64,000 nt of DNA, from assembly GCA_903847415.1 (NCBI GenBank), contig CAINDR010000015.1, forward strand, positions 33,872-97,871, read 5' to 3'. Made by a program: the position numbers and the translations under genes. How positions within the stretch are numbered: the first letter of the stretch is position 1; every line of letters begins with the position of its first letter. Of the stretch, positions 1 through 8,826 are shown piece after piece. The DNA comes from Candidatus Falkowbacteria bacterium (lineage in GTDB: Bacteria; Patescibacteriota; Patescibacteriia; Patescibacteriales; UBA12465). The notes beneath the pieces are model-generated. The model saw nothing but the letters and a program-made list of their open reading frames with translations. It did no database searches and was not told the origin of the DNA.

Positions 1-5
1 AGGAC

Positions 6-1007
6 TTGAAAGGCTTAATCTCTGACGGCGTTAAAGAAATTGTCGGAGAACTAAAAGAGGAAATCGTCAAAGAGACTCAGGCTGGTTTGCGAGATTTTAA
101 AGTTGCCACCGATGAGGAGAAAATTGAGAAAGCGGCTCAGTTTGTTAAAGACATTTGTCTTGGCAATATCGAAGCTAAAGCGGTTGATTCAACAGACGGA
201 TCATTTGGCTACACTGTCCCAACTGAATTGGCTAATTACATTTTGACCAAGAAGAATAAGATTTCCAAGATGAGAAACTTGGCGTTTGTATTCCAATTGT
301 CAGGTGAGTTCCAATTGCCAATTGAGGGTGTTGGAGTTACTGCTTATTGGGTTGGTGAAAATGAGGAAATCACCGAGAGTGACCCAACAATTAGCAAGAA
401 AAACATGCACGATTTCTATTTAGCATCTCGTGTGTTGATTCCTCGCAAATTGTTGAACACTTCAGCGTTTAACATTATCAACTATATTGGTGAACTTTGT
501 TCTCGCAAGTTGCGTGATGTTGAAGAGACTTCCTTTGTAGCTGGTGATGGTGCTAATAAACCAACTGGTCTTAGAACTACCAGTTTTGGTGAGATTTCTC
601 AGGCTGGTGATCAGTTTGATTACGATGATTTGGTTAATTTATTCTATGAGTTGCCAGAGCAGTATCGTCAGAATGCAGTATTCATGACTTCAAGTGCTGG
701 TATGAAATTGCTACGCAAATTGAAAGACAAGAATAATCTGCCAATTTTTGATGTTCGTGATCAAACCGTTTTTAATCGCCCAGTGATTGAGAGTGCTGAT
801 ATTCCAGCAAACTTGGGTGAAACGACTAATCAGACGGAGATTTTATTCTTTGATCCTTGGTACTACTGGATTAAGGATGGAGAGAAGATGTTTGTTGATA
901 CCGACAAGCGTATTCGCAGTTTGCAGACTGAATTGGTAGTTGCTGAAGCCATTGATGGTGTTTACACCTTACCTGATGCAGGTAAAAGACTAAAGGCAGT
1001 TAAATAA
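6..1007 (+). CDS. Phage major capsid protein, HK97 family (probably 5'-truncated by window)
   Basis: Motifs GYTVP, AYWVGE, GDGANKPTG, RKLKDKNNLPIF, RPVIES typical of HK97-fold capsids. Confidence 0.9.
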   Translation: MKGLISDGVKEIVGELKEEIVKETQAGLRDFKVATDEEKIEKAAQFVKDICLGNIEAKAVDSTDGSFGYTVPTELANYILTKKNKISKMRNLAFVFQLSGEFQLPIEGVGVTAYWVGENEEITESDPTISKKNMHDFYLASRVLIPRKLLNTSAFNIINYIGELCSRKLRDVEETSFVAGDGANKPTGLRTTSFGEISQAGDQFDYDDLVNLFYELPEQYRQNAVFMTSSAGMKLLRKLKDKNNLPIFDVRDQTVFNRPVIESADIPANLGETTNQTEILFFDPWYYWIKDGEKMFVDTDKRIRSLQTELVVAEAIDGVYTLPDAGKRLKAVK

Positions 1008-1025
1008 AGATAATTAATTAAATTT

Positions 1026-1250
1026 ATGGCAGAAGAAAAAGACAAAGCCGATGCTGGGGCAAAAGCAGACTTAAAGCCTGAAGACAAAAATGATTCAAAA
1101 TCCGAGGCTAAAGAGAAAGTGAAAAAGCCAAAGTTGACTAGAGTTATTTTTAGTAAGAACTACATGCCTTATAAGCAGGGGGAAATGGCAGGGCTTGAGC
1201 CTGATGTTGCCGACAAATTGATTGCTGATAAGGTTTGCTCAAGGGCTTAG
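1026..1250 (+). CDS. Small phage protein downstream of capsid
   Basis: 74-aa ORF with Lys/Glu-rich N-terminus, in operon position. Confidence 0.7.
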   Translation: MAEEKDKADAGAKADLKPEDKNDSKSEAKEKVKKPKLTRVIFSKNYMPYKQGEMAGLEPDVADKLIADKVCSRA

Positions 1251-1260
1251 AGGATTTACT

Positions 1261-1284
1261 CAATCCCGAATTATTTCGGGATTG
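1261..1284 (+). terminator. Hairpin after capsid genes (weak terminator or mRNA stability element)
   Basis: Perfect 10-bp inverted repeat CAATCCCGAA-ttat-TTCGGGATTG; no strong U-tract. Confidence 0.45.
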
Positions 1285-1308
1285 GTCTAAGAATTTTAAG
1301 TAATTTAT

Positions 1309-1842
1309 ATGATAGTAACAGTTGAGGAGTTAAAAATTTATGCAGGCATAGACACTAGCGATGATGATGCTGGCTTAGAGTTGATTCTAAAAGGGGTAAT
1401 TGGTTGGGCAGAATCAATTTGTGACAACGCCATGGAGCAGAAAGAATTTATTGAGTATTTTGATGGCGAGTCTAGGGCTTTGTTTATGAAGAACACTTTA
1501 AACATTAGCGATGTCGTGGTTGAGTGGTTCTCGTCTAGCGGTTGGGAAATTCTCGACCCTGATACGAAGCTAAGAATTTTTGTAGAGGAAGGGTGTGTTA
1601 TTTTGCGAGAAGCGGTATTTGGGGAGCTTAATTATAAAGTTACTTATAAAGCTGGCTACAATACGGCAGTGCCGAGTGATTTAAAGTTAATAGTACTTAA
1701 GATGGCTAGTAAGGTTTGGAATAAACGCAAAAGTGATGGCATTAAAGATGAGAAATTGGGAGATGCTCAGGTTATTTGGGAAAACTTTTTGACAGATGAT
1801 ATTTTGGGCATTTTGCAGAAGTATCGAAAATTTAATATATGA
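1309..1842 (+). CDS. Head-tail connector/adaptor protein (gp6/gp15-like)
   Basis: MIVTVEELKIY N-terminus, VTYKAGY..VPSDLK motif, position after capsid. Confidence 0.8.
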   Translation: MIVTVEELKIYAGIDTSDDDAGLELILKGVIGWAESICDNAMEQKEFIEYFDGESRALFMKNTLNISDVVVEWFSSSGWEILDPDTKLRIFVEEGCVILREAVFGELNYKVTYKAGYNTAVPSDLKLIVLKMASKVWNKRKSDGIKDEKLGDAQVIWENFLTDDILGILQKYRKFNI

Positions 1843-2147
1843 GATTTGTTTTTGAGAAATCATTGAGTTTACATCGCTTGGTTAGTAATCAAGAAAACAC
1901 TGAGGAAGAATATCAGTATCAGGGGCAGATTAAGGGCGTGATTATGCCCATTAAGGCGGAAGACTTGATATTAAGCGAAGGTAATCCGGCTAAGATGTTT
2001 AAACTTTACACTGGCTTCGAAGTTGATTTGAAAGAAACGGACAAATTGCTATGTGATGGTGTGGAATATTTAGTTCGGAATGTCAGACGGTTGGAGTTCA
2101 GAGCATTGTCGCACGCTGAGGCAATAATTTATAAACCAAATAGTTAA
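1839..2147 (+). CDS. Putative head closure protein
   Basis: 102 aa, ATGA overlap with connector, synteny. Confidence 0.6.
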   Translation: MRFVFEKSLSLHRLVSNQENTEEEYQYQGQIKGVIMPIKAEDLILSEGNPAKMFKLYTGFEVDLKETDKLLCDGVEYLVRNVRRLEFRALSHAEAIIYKPNS

Positions 2148-2148
2148 T

Positions 2149-2610
2149 ATGGCATTTGAAATACATCTTGAAAATTTAAACGAAATTAGAGAGGTGTTTC
2201 GACAATTCCCCAGTGTTGCCGATCAGGAGATTCAGTCTGGCTTGGAAAAAGCTGGCAAATTGATTACTAGAATTGAAAAAGAAGAAGTGCCAATTGGTGT
2301 TAGTGGTCAATTAAGACAAAGCATTATGATGCGATTAGTACCAAATAATGTGACAATCGCACCGAATAAGAATTACGCCATAGATGTTCATGAAGGCACG
2401 CCACCGCATTATGTATCAGTAAAGAACCCAAGAGATCCTTTGAGAATATGGGCGATCAAGAAGGGTATTAATCCTTACGCTGTTCAACGGTCGATTGCTA
2501 AGAAAGGCACAAAGCCGAATCCGTTTGTGGAGCGGACAGTGGCTGGGGCGGAGGGTGAAGTCAGACAAATATTTAGTCAAGTTTTAGAAAATATAATCAA
2601 ACGCATATGA
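2149..2610 (+). CDS. HK97 gp10-like tail completion protein
   Basis: VPIGVSGQLRQSI, YAIDVHEGT, GTKPNPFV motifs. Confidence 0.8.
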   Translation: MAFEIHLENLNEIREVFRQFPSVADQEIQSGLEKAGKLITRIEKEEVPIGVSGQLRQSIMMRLVPNNVTIAPNKNYAIDVHEGTPPHYVSVKNPRDPLRIWAIKKGINPYAVQRSIAKKGTKPNPFVERTVAGAEGEVRQIFSQVLENIIKRI

Positions 2611-3017
2611 GATCAGAAATTTTAAACGCTCTTTATACCAAGTTGTACAACATGGAGGGCATCAAAGCAGTTTTTAAATATAACAAAGGGCATTTTACAA
2701 AGTACCCTGTCGCTGTGATTCTTGGTAGCGATAATTCTAAAGCAAGAGAAAGTGTTAAAACAATTAAGAAAACTTATAAATTTAAAGTGCAGATTTTTCA
2801 AGAAATAAATCAGGAGGCACGAGGTCAGGAAGCTGGGGAAGATGTCATTATCACTATTGGCGATCGTATAGACGATGCATTTGATTCTGATGATACGCTT
2901 GGTGGAGTTTGTGATGATGTGTCGGTTATTAGTTCGTATGCATGGGATGATCGTGAGCTTTTGATGAGGGTTTTGCAATTGGAGATAGTTTGCACAAAAC
3001 TTAAACAATTAATTTAA
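2607..3017 (+). CDS. Putative tail terminator protein
   Basis: 136 aa, DDTLGGVCD motif, position before tail tube. Confidence 0.6.
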   Translation: MRSEILNALYTKLYNMEGIKAVFKYNKGHFTKYPVAVILGSDNSKARESVKTIKKTYKFKVQIFQEINQEARGQEAGEDVIITIGDRIDDAFDSDDTLGGVCDDVSVISSYAWDDRELLMRVLQLEIVCTKLKQLI

Positions 3018-3022
3018 AATTT

Positions 3023-3187
3023 ATGTCTATTAAAAAAAGTGAGATTGAGGACAAATCAATTAAGCCTAGCAAAAGTGATAATTTAACTGAGTTTAACTAT
3101 CCGGAGTACAATATCACCGTCAAGGCTAAAAATCAGGCAGAAGCCGATGAATTATTAAATCAAATTATTAATCAAGAAAACATATGA
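3023..3187 (+). CDS. Small phage protein (54 aa; below ORF-track cut-off)
   Basis: ATG 3023 reads MSIKKSEIEDKSIKPSKSDNLTEFNYPEYNITVKAKNQAEADELLNQIINQENI; stop overlaps tail tube ATG (ATGA). Confidence 0.65.
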   Translation: MSIKKSEIEDKSIKPSKSDNLTEFNYPEYNITVKAKNQAEADELLNQIINQENI

Positions 3188-4161
3188 GCGAATCAATCAA
3201 AAGAAAATATAACATAGGCATTGGCAGAGAGACTACGAGGGGCGTAAAAGTTACGCCAAAGTATTGGCTTAAGCCACTTAGTGCTGAATATAACGATAAG
3301 ATTGAAACTGTTGCCAGCGAGCGTGCTTGCGGAGTCATTGAGGATTCCGAGGAGATGATCATTAAGAATAAATATTCGGATGGTCAAATCCAAGGTGAAG
3401 CCTTTGACAAGAGTTTTGGCTTATTCATTTTAGGGGCGTTGGGTCAGGTTAGTAGCGTGGCTAAAGTTGGTGACTTAGCGGTTTATGATCACACCTTTTC
3501 AGTTTTACAGTCAGCTAAACATCCAACTTTTACTATTGAGGTTAAAAGGGGTGATGTGGAGCAGAAGTCTTACGGCAATTGCGTGATTGAAAGTTTAAAG
3601 ATTGAAAGTCAGGCACATGATTATGTTAAATTCGAAGCCAAGTTAAAAGGCAAGACCAGTGGAGTGGCTACGAATAGTGCTGGTTATGTGACTGAGAATT
3701 ATTTTTTAGGCAAAGATGTCAGTGTGAAATTGGCTGATAATTTATCAGGACTTGACTCGGCGACAGTGATTGATGCTAGAAAAATCACTATACAGATTGC
3801 CAAGAATTTAGAAGAAGATAAGCGACTAGGTGCCGATGAGCCGAATGATTTTCTTAATAAAGAATTATCTATTGAGGGAACGCTGGAGATATTGTTTAAG
3901 GATAGCACGCTTAAGGACTACGCTTTGAATGGCATTCAGAAAGCCTTGCGGATTGATATCGTTAACACAAACAAAGTCATCGGATCATCTAGTAATCCTC
4001 GATTAAAGATTGATCTGGCTAAGATTAAATTTAAGGATCCAGTCGAGGGTGGTGATAATAACGATATCGTTAAAGTCACAGTTGGCTTTAAGGGATTATA
4101 CTCAGCGACTGATTCCAAGAGTATTGAAGCCGTATTAACTAATTTAGAAACTAATTACTAA
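3184..4161 (+). CDS. Major tail tube protein
   Basis: 325 aa, IGIGRETTRG N-terminus, YDHTFS, PTFTIEV, position before chaperone and tape measure. Confidence 0.75.
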   Translation: MSESIKRKYNIGIGRETTRGVKVTPKYWLKPLSAEYNDKIETVASERACGVIEDSEEMIIKNKYSDGQIQGEAFDKSFGLFILGALGQVSSVAKVGDLAVYDHTFSVLQSAKHPTFTIEVKRGDVEQKSYGNCVIESLKIESQAHDYVKFEAKLKGKTSGVATNSAGYVTENYFLGKDVSVKLADNLSGLDSATVIDARKITIQIAKNLEEDKRLGADEPNDFLNKELSIEGTLEILFKDSTLKDYALNGIQKALRIDIVNTNKVIGSSSNPRLKIDLAKIKFKDPVEGGDNNDIVKVTVGFKGLYSATDSKSIEAVLTNLETNY

Positions 4162-4165
4162 TTAT

Positions 4166-4471
4166 ATGCCGATATTAAAAGATTCAAGAGAAGTTAAAAA
4201 TATCCTTTTACCAGAAAGTGGAATAACGATCAGAATTAAAGATGGTTTGCTGGCTGGAGATTTAGAGGCTTTGGAAAGTGAGCAGAGCGAATTTAAAAAG
4301 ATGATCGCTATGATTACTAGATTGATTATTGATTGGGATGCCGAGGGTGAGGATGGTGTAAAATTGCCAATTAATTTTAATACAGTGAATTTGTTTGGCT
4401 TTACTGATTTGAAGTTTATTCAGGATAATTTGTCATTTTTAAAAAGTTTTTTAGCGGTAACTCCGAGTTAG
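4166..4471 (+). CDS. Tail assembly chaperone (gpG-like)
   Basis: IIDWDAEGEDGVKLPI motif; between tail tube and tape measure; slippery site at 3' end. Confidence 0.75.
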   Translation: MPILKDSREVKNILLPESGITIRIKDGLLAGDLEALESEQSEFKKMIAMITRLIIDWDAEGEDGVKLPINFNTVNLFGFTDLKFIQDNLSFLKSFLAVTPS

Positions 4472-4647
4472 TCTATGAAATAAAGCGAGCGGTTCGGTAC
4501 AGGGAATGGAGCCACCAAACAGTCAAACTATTCCTGTGCCAAGAGATGGGTTGGACTGAGGAGGAGTTTTTGAGTCAAAGAGTCGAGTTCATTAGGGGTA
4601 TGTTCACATTTATTATGGAAATAAAAGAAGTGCAAAATGGAAAATAG
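4447..4647 (+). CDS. -1 frameshift extension of tail chaperone (gpGT-like)
   Basis: Slippery T-TTT-TTA at 4447-4453; -1 frame is open to TAG 4645-4647 and encodes ...KLFLCQEMGWTEEEFLSQRVEF... Confidence 0.75.
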   Translation, partial: FFSGNSELVYEIKRAVRYREWSHQTVKLFLCQEMGWTEEEFLSQRVEFIRGMFTFIMEIKEVQNGK

Positions 4648-6268
4648 AGAACTACAAATTATATTAAAAGCGGTTGACGAAGCATCTAGTGAGATTAAAA
4701 AAGTCAGCCAAGCCATGGATGGCATGACCGGTAATGTGAAAGAATCATCGGAATCTTTTGGTTTGATGACCAAGGCGGTGGCTGTTGGCAATTTGGCTTA
4801 CAACGCTTTGTATAGTGTGGTTACTAAGGTTGCAGGTGGTATTACAAGCCTGGTTAAAGAGAGCGTGGGGCTGGCTGGTCAATTAGAACAGTCAAAATCA
4901 GTTATTTATAAACTGGGGGAGAATAACAATTGGACTAGACAGCAAATCGATGGCTTGGTCAAAAGTATTCGTGAAGAAAACAAAGACATGTTGACGGCTA
5001 TTGATTTGACGAAGACTGCCATCATGACTCACATGAACGAAAAACAGGCTTTAGAATTGATTACTCGTGGTCGTGATGTGGCGGCTACAGCTAATCGCAA
5101 TTCTAATGATGCTATTAAGGCCATGATGGAATCGGTTATTAAGTTGAGACCTGAATTGCTTAGTGAGTATGGTATCGAGATTAACTTGGTTAAAGTCTAT
5201 GGTGATTTTTCCAAGGCGATGGGTATTAAAACGAGTCAGATGACTTATGCTCAGAAAACTCAAGCCATGTATAACGCCGTTGTTCAGGAGGCAACGAGAA
5301 TGCAGGGTGCTTATCATGAGGCGATGGGTAGTTGGTATAAATTATCGATGTCTGTGCAGGATGGCATTGTTAGTTTAAAGCTCATCTTGGGTGATTTGCT
5401 GGATGATGCTATGAAACCTTTGGTTAATTACGTTTATGAGGCAATTAAGACTTTTAGAAACTGGGCATATACCGATGACAATGAGTTGAATCCAAAACTT
5501 AAGGAAACAGCAGCTATTATCGGCACAGTGCTACTGCGATCATTCGAATTGATTAGACTAGCCGTTATTGAATTGATTGCCGTTTATAACGCCTTATCTG
5601 ATTTTTTTCGTGAGGGCATGAAGATTGTTTCGGATTATAAAATTTTGTTAGATATTTTTCAGAATTCATGGAATAACATTGCTTTAGTGTTTAAGCAAAA
5701 CCTGTTACCAGAATTGCAGAAGTTGTGGCAGGCGTTATTGCCACTCCAGCCATTTTTAGAAATATTGGCAAAGATTATCGGCGTTATCTTATTAGGTGCT
5801 TTAATTGCTGTTGTTAAAATTATTGAAGTTAGTTTAATAGTGCTGATTCAGGGATTGACCTTGGTTATTCAGAAGGCGGTGGAATGGATTAATTTTTTCA
5901 AGGCTGGCTGGGAGAGTGTGACTGGAGTTATTTCAAATGTCATTGGTTATATTGATAGTTTAATCAGCAAACTTAACAGCTTGAATGTTGTTTCAAATGC
6001 TAAGAATGCGGTTAGTGGAATGCTAGGCTTTGGCGGAGCAAGAGCTAGTGGCGGTAGCGTTTATGGCGGTCAGGCTTATTTAGTTGGCGAACAGGGGCCC
6101 GAATTGTTTGTGCCAAGCGGAGGTGGCAATATCGTGCCAAATAATCGTTTAGGCGGTGGAAGTATTGTGATCAATATGTCAGGCAATACTTTTCTTGATA
6201 GACAGAGTGCGGAGAAAATTGGCGACATGATGATTAAAAGGTTAAAGGCTAATAATTTGCTCGGATAG
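4637..6268 (+). CDS. Tail tape measure protein
   Basis: LQIILKAVDEAS N-terminus, helical body, C-terminal RASGGSV..YLVGEQGPELFVP motif. Confidence 0.9.
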   Translation: MENRELQIILKAVDEASSEIKKVSQAMDGMTGNVKESSESFGLMTKAVAVGNLAYNALYSVVTKVAGGITSLVKESVGLAGQLEQSKSVIYKLGENNNWTRQQIDGLVKSIREENKDMLTAIDLTKTAIMTHMNEKQALELITRGRDVAATANRNSNDAIKAMMESVIKLRPELLSEYGIEINLVKVYGDFSKAMGIKTSQMTYAQKTQAMYNAVVQEATRMQGAYHEAMGSWYKLSMSVQDGIVSLKLILGDLLDDAMKPLVNYVYEAIKTFRNWAYTDDNELNPKLKETAAIIGTVLLRSFELIRLAVIELIAVYNALSDFFREGMKIVSDYKILLDIFQNSWNNIALVFKQNLLPELQKLWQALLPLQPFLEILAKIIGVILLGALIAVVKIIEVSLIVLIQGLTLVIQKAVEWINFFKAGWESVTGVISNVIGYIDSLISKLNSLNVVSNAKNAVSGMLGFGGARASGGSVYGGQAYLVGEQGPELFVPSGGGNIVPNNRLGGGSIVINMSGNTFLDRQSAEKIGDMMIKRLKANNLLG

Positions 6269-6269
6269 T

Positions 6270-7772
6270 ATGAATGTCATTGTAAAAATAAATCAAATAA
6301 ACAGAACAAGCCTGATTGATTGGGAAAGTTTTGGTATTGAAGACAATATCAATGAACAGCCGAATCTATGCAATTTCACAATCAGAGTTTTTGAGGGGCA
6401 GAGTTTTAAACCCGAGATTAGTGATGTGGTGGAGATTTATGACGGCAATTTAAAAATCTTTGGTGGCAAAGTCATCAGGGTTGGCAGTTCTAGTTCTAGT
6501 GATCTTAATTTTTATGAAGTAGAGGCTAAAGATTACACGCTTGATCTCGATCGTGTTTTAGTGACTGAACGGTTTGACGACATGGCTGGAAATGAAATCA
6601 TTGCCTTTATTATTGATAATTATTTAAGTGGCTCAGGAGTAACTTATGGCAATTTAAATTGTCCAATTGTTGTCAGTGTTATTGTTTTTGATCAGACAAG
6701 CGTTAGCAAATGTTTGACCGAGTTATGCGAGTTGTTGAACTACAGTTGGTATATTGATTATGACAAAGACCTGCATTTGTTTGCTAAAAATGAAAAACCA
6801 GCACCGTTTAATTTAAGTGATGACAGTAGCAATACTTATATCAGGGACAGTTTAGTGATTGATAGTGATTTGAGTCAGCTCCGAAATGTAGTGATTATAG
6901 AAGGGGGCGAGATTACTTCGGATTATCCACGCACCAATACTCAAGTCGGCAATGGTACAAAAAAGAGTTTTGCTACTGATTATAAATTTGCTAATAAACC
7001 GACAGTCAAAATTGGTGGAGTGGTTATGAATGTTGGTATTGATTTTCTAGATAATGATGTGAGTTTTGATTGTTTGTGGAATTTTAATGAAAAGTACATC
7101 AGGTTTGTTAATGCTCCGGTTAGTAATGTGGTTATTGAGATGTCCGGACAATATTTAATTCCGATCATGGTGCAAGTTGAGGATGAGGGCAGTATTTCGC
7201 AGTATGGCAGATTTGAGTTCAGTAAAGTTGATAAGAATATTAAGAGTTCAGAGGAAGCTAAGATGTATGGTGAAGCACAGTTGGGTGCTTATGCATTTAC
7301 AATTAGAGAGGGTGCTTTTAGAACTTATGAAAGTGGTTTATCTTCTGGTCAAACAATATCTATAAATTTGATTAGCAGGAATATTTCCGAGAGTTTTTTA
7401 ATAATGAGAGTGTCATTAAAAATGTTGACCGCTAGTCATGGAGAGTGGACAGTTGAACTAGCGACCATGAGAACTTTGGGTATCATTAGTTTTTTACAAA
7501 AGTTGTTAATTGATCAGCGTAAAAAAATAACCTTGAACGAAGATGTGGTTTTGAAAAAATATTATGTTTTAAGTGAGACTGCAAATTTTGATGAAAATAT
7601 AACGGTTAAAATAAAAGAGCAAGATTATCAGTTGCTTGGCATGACTGAGGATATTTTAAAAGATCCCTTTGGGGCAGGTGTTAAGCCTGATTTTGTTTTA
7701 GCTCCGTATGTGCCAACGGGTCAGACTGATCCCGAGAGAGAATTTTATTTAGATAGAGCTTTTTTAAGTTAA
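6270..7772 (+). CDS. Tail tip/hub protein
   Basis: 500 aa directly after tape measure; WYIDYDKDLHLF, SISQYG motifs of tail hub proteins. Confidence 0.65.
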   Translation: MNVIVKINQINRTSLIDWESFGIEDNINEQPNLCNFTIRVFEGQSFKPEISDVVEIYDGNLKIFGGKVIRVGSSSSSDLNFYEVEAKDYTLDLDRVLVTERFDDMAGNEIIAFIIDNYLSGSGVTYGNLNCPIVVSVIVFDQTSVSKCLTELCELLNYSWYIDYDKDLHLFAKNEKPAPFNLSDDSSNTYIRDSLVIDSDLSQLRNVVIIEGGEITSDYPRTNTQVGNGTKKSFATDYKFANKPTVKIGGVVMNVGIDFLDNDVSFDCLWNFNEKYIRFVNAPVSNVVIEMSGQYLIPIMVQVEDEGSISQYGRFEFSKVDKNIKSSEEAKMYGEAQLGAYAFTIREGAFRTYESGLSSGQTISINLISRNISESFLIMRVSLKMLTASHGEWTVELATMRTLGIISFLQKLLIDQRKKITLNEDVVLKKYYVLSETANFDENITVKIKEQDYQLLGMTEDILKDPFGAGVKPDFVLAPYVPTGQTDPEREFYLDRAFLS

Positions 7773-7777
7773 AAAAT

Positions 7778-8335
7778 ATGAGCAAATTAAATCAAAACAT
7801 TGGAGCAGTTGGTGAAATAAAAGCCAGTTTTTATGATCAGAGTAATTTGCAGAATTGGCAAATTGCTTTGAATAAAGTTTTAGCTAAATGTCGAAAGTAT
7901 GAGCCTTCAATAATGAAGTTTTATCAGCTAGGTAGGATGGTTAAGTGTGACGAAATAAAAAATGTTATTAGTGCTAACGGCTTTAATACTTTGGCACGCA
8001 GATTGGCTGGAGATACTACTTATACAGGGATTATCAATAAAATGATTCTTGGAACTGGCGTTGGCACACCAGCAGAAACAGACACACAGTTATTTGCCGA
8101 GGCATATCGCAATGATACGGCTAGTGCTACCTCGTCAGGTAAGATTGCTTATCTCACTGCCTATTTTACCGAGACGGAATGTGTTGGTGCATTCAAAGAA
8201 TTTGGTAATTGCATTGATGGTGGTTCAGGGGTTAATACTGGGCAGTTGTGGTCTCACATTGCTGGATTAAATTGGGTTAAAACAAACACGGTCGTTTTGG
8301 TGGTGTCTTGTAAATACACCCTGCAAAACGCTTAG
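7778..8335 (+). CDS. Phage tail/baseplate protein
   Basis: MILGTGVGTPAETDTQL motif seen in tail-tip proteins; synteny. Confidence 0.6.
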   Translation: MSKLNQNIGAVGEIKASFYDQSNLQNWQIALNKVLAKCRKYEPSIMKFYQLGRMVKCDEIKNVISANGFNTLARRLAGDTTYTGIINKMILGTGVGTPAETDTQLFAEAYRNDTASATSSGKIAYLTAYFTETECVGAFKEFGNCIDGGSGVNTGQLWSHIAGLNWVKTNTVVLVVSCKYTLQNA

Positions 8336-8339
8336 TTAT

Positions 8340-8555
8340 ATGATTCTTAAAGTAAAGATAAAAGTTAATGATGAAATTGAGGCTTATAAGTTGGTTTCCG
8401 AGCTTGGTTTTGAGTACACGGTAATGAATGCTGATCTTGATGGTCACAGTGAAGATTTTACGGCCAAGAATAAGCCAGCTCATTTTCTTAAAGATAAAAA
8501 AAGACCTGCTCCGAAATTTTTCAGCAAAGGTGATGCAAAGCCAAGAGTCAATTAA
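8340..8555 (+). CDS. Hypothetical phage protein
   Basis: 71-aa ORF tightly packed in operon. Confidence 0.5.
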   Translation: MILKVKIKVNDEIEAYKLVSELGFEYTVMNADLDGHSEDFTAKNKPAHFLKDKKRPAPKFFSKGDAKPRVN

Positions 8556-8559
8556 ATTT

Positions 8560-8811
8560 ATGAAAATATTTACCAACGAAAAATTATACGCTTCTGATTT
8601 GAATAATGCTTTATATGAACTGGGCAATAATGTTTCGATTACTTATAACGATGATCAGACGATTAAAACTATTACTGATAATAACACCAGCACCACTTAT
8701 ACGCTTAGCTGGTCAATGGGCAAATTGGTGGGGTACACAGACGGAACGCATACATGGACTTTAACTTACAGTTCGGACGGTTCGTTGGTTACCGGCATAA
8801 CTATGGCTTAA
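8560..8811 (+). CDS. Small tail-associated protein (Thr-rich, beta-type)
   Basis: ATG 8560 preferred over upstream start (MKIFTNEKLYASDLNN). Confidence 0.55.
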   Translation: MKIFTNEKLYASDLNNALYELGNNVSITYNDDQTIKTITDNNTSTTYTLSWSMGKLVGYTDGTHTWTLTYSSDGSLVTGITMA

Positions 8812-8826
8812 TTTTAAAATAAACAT

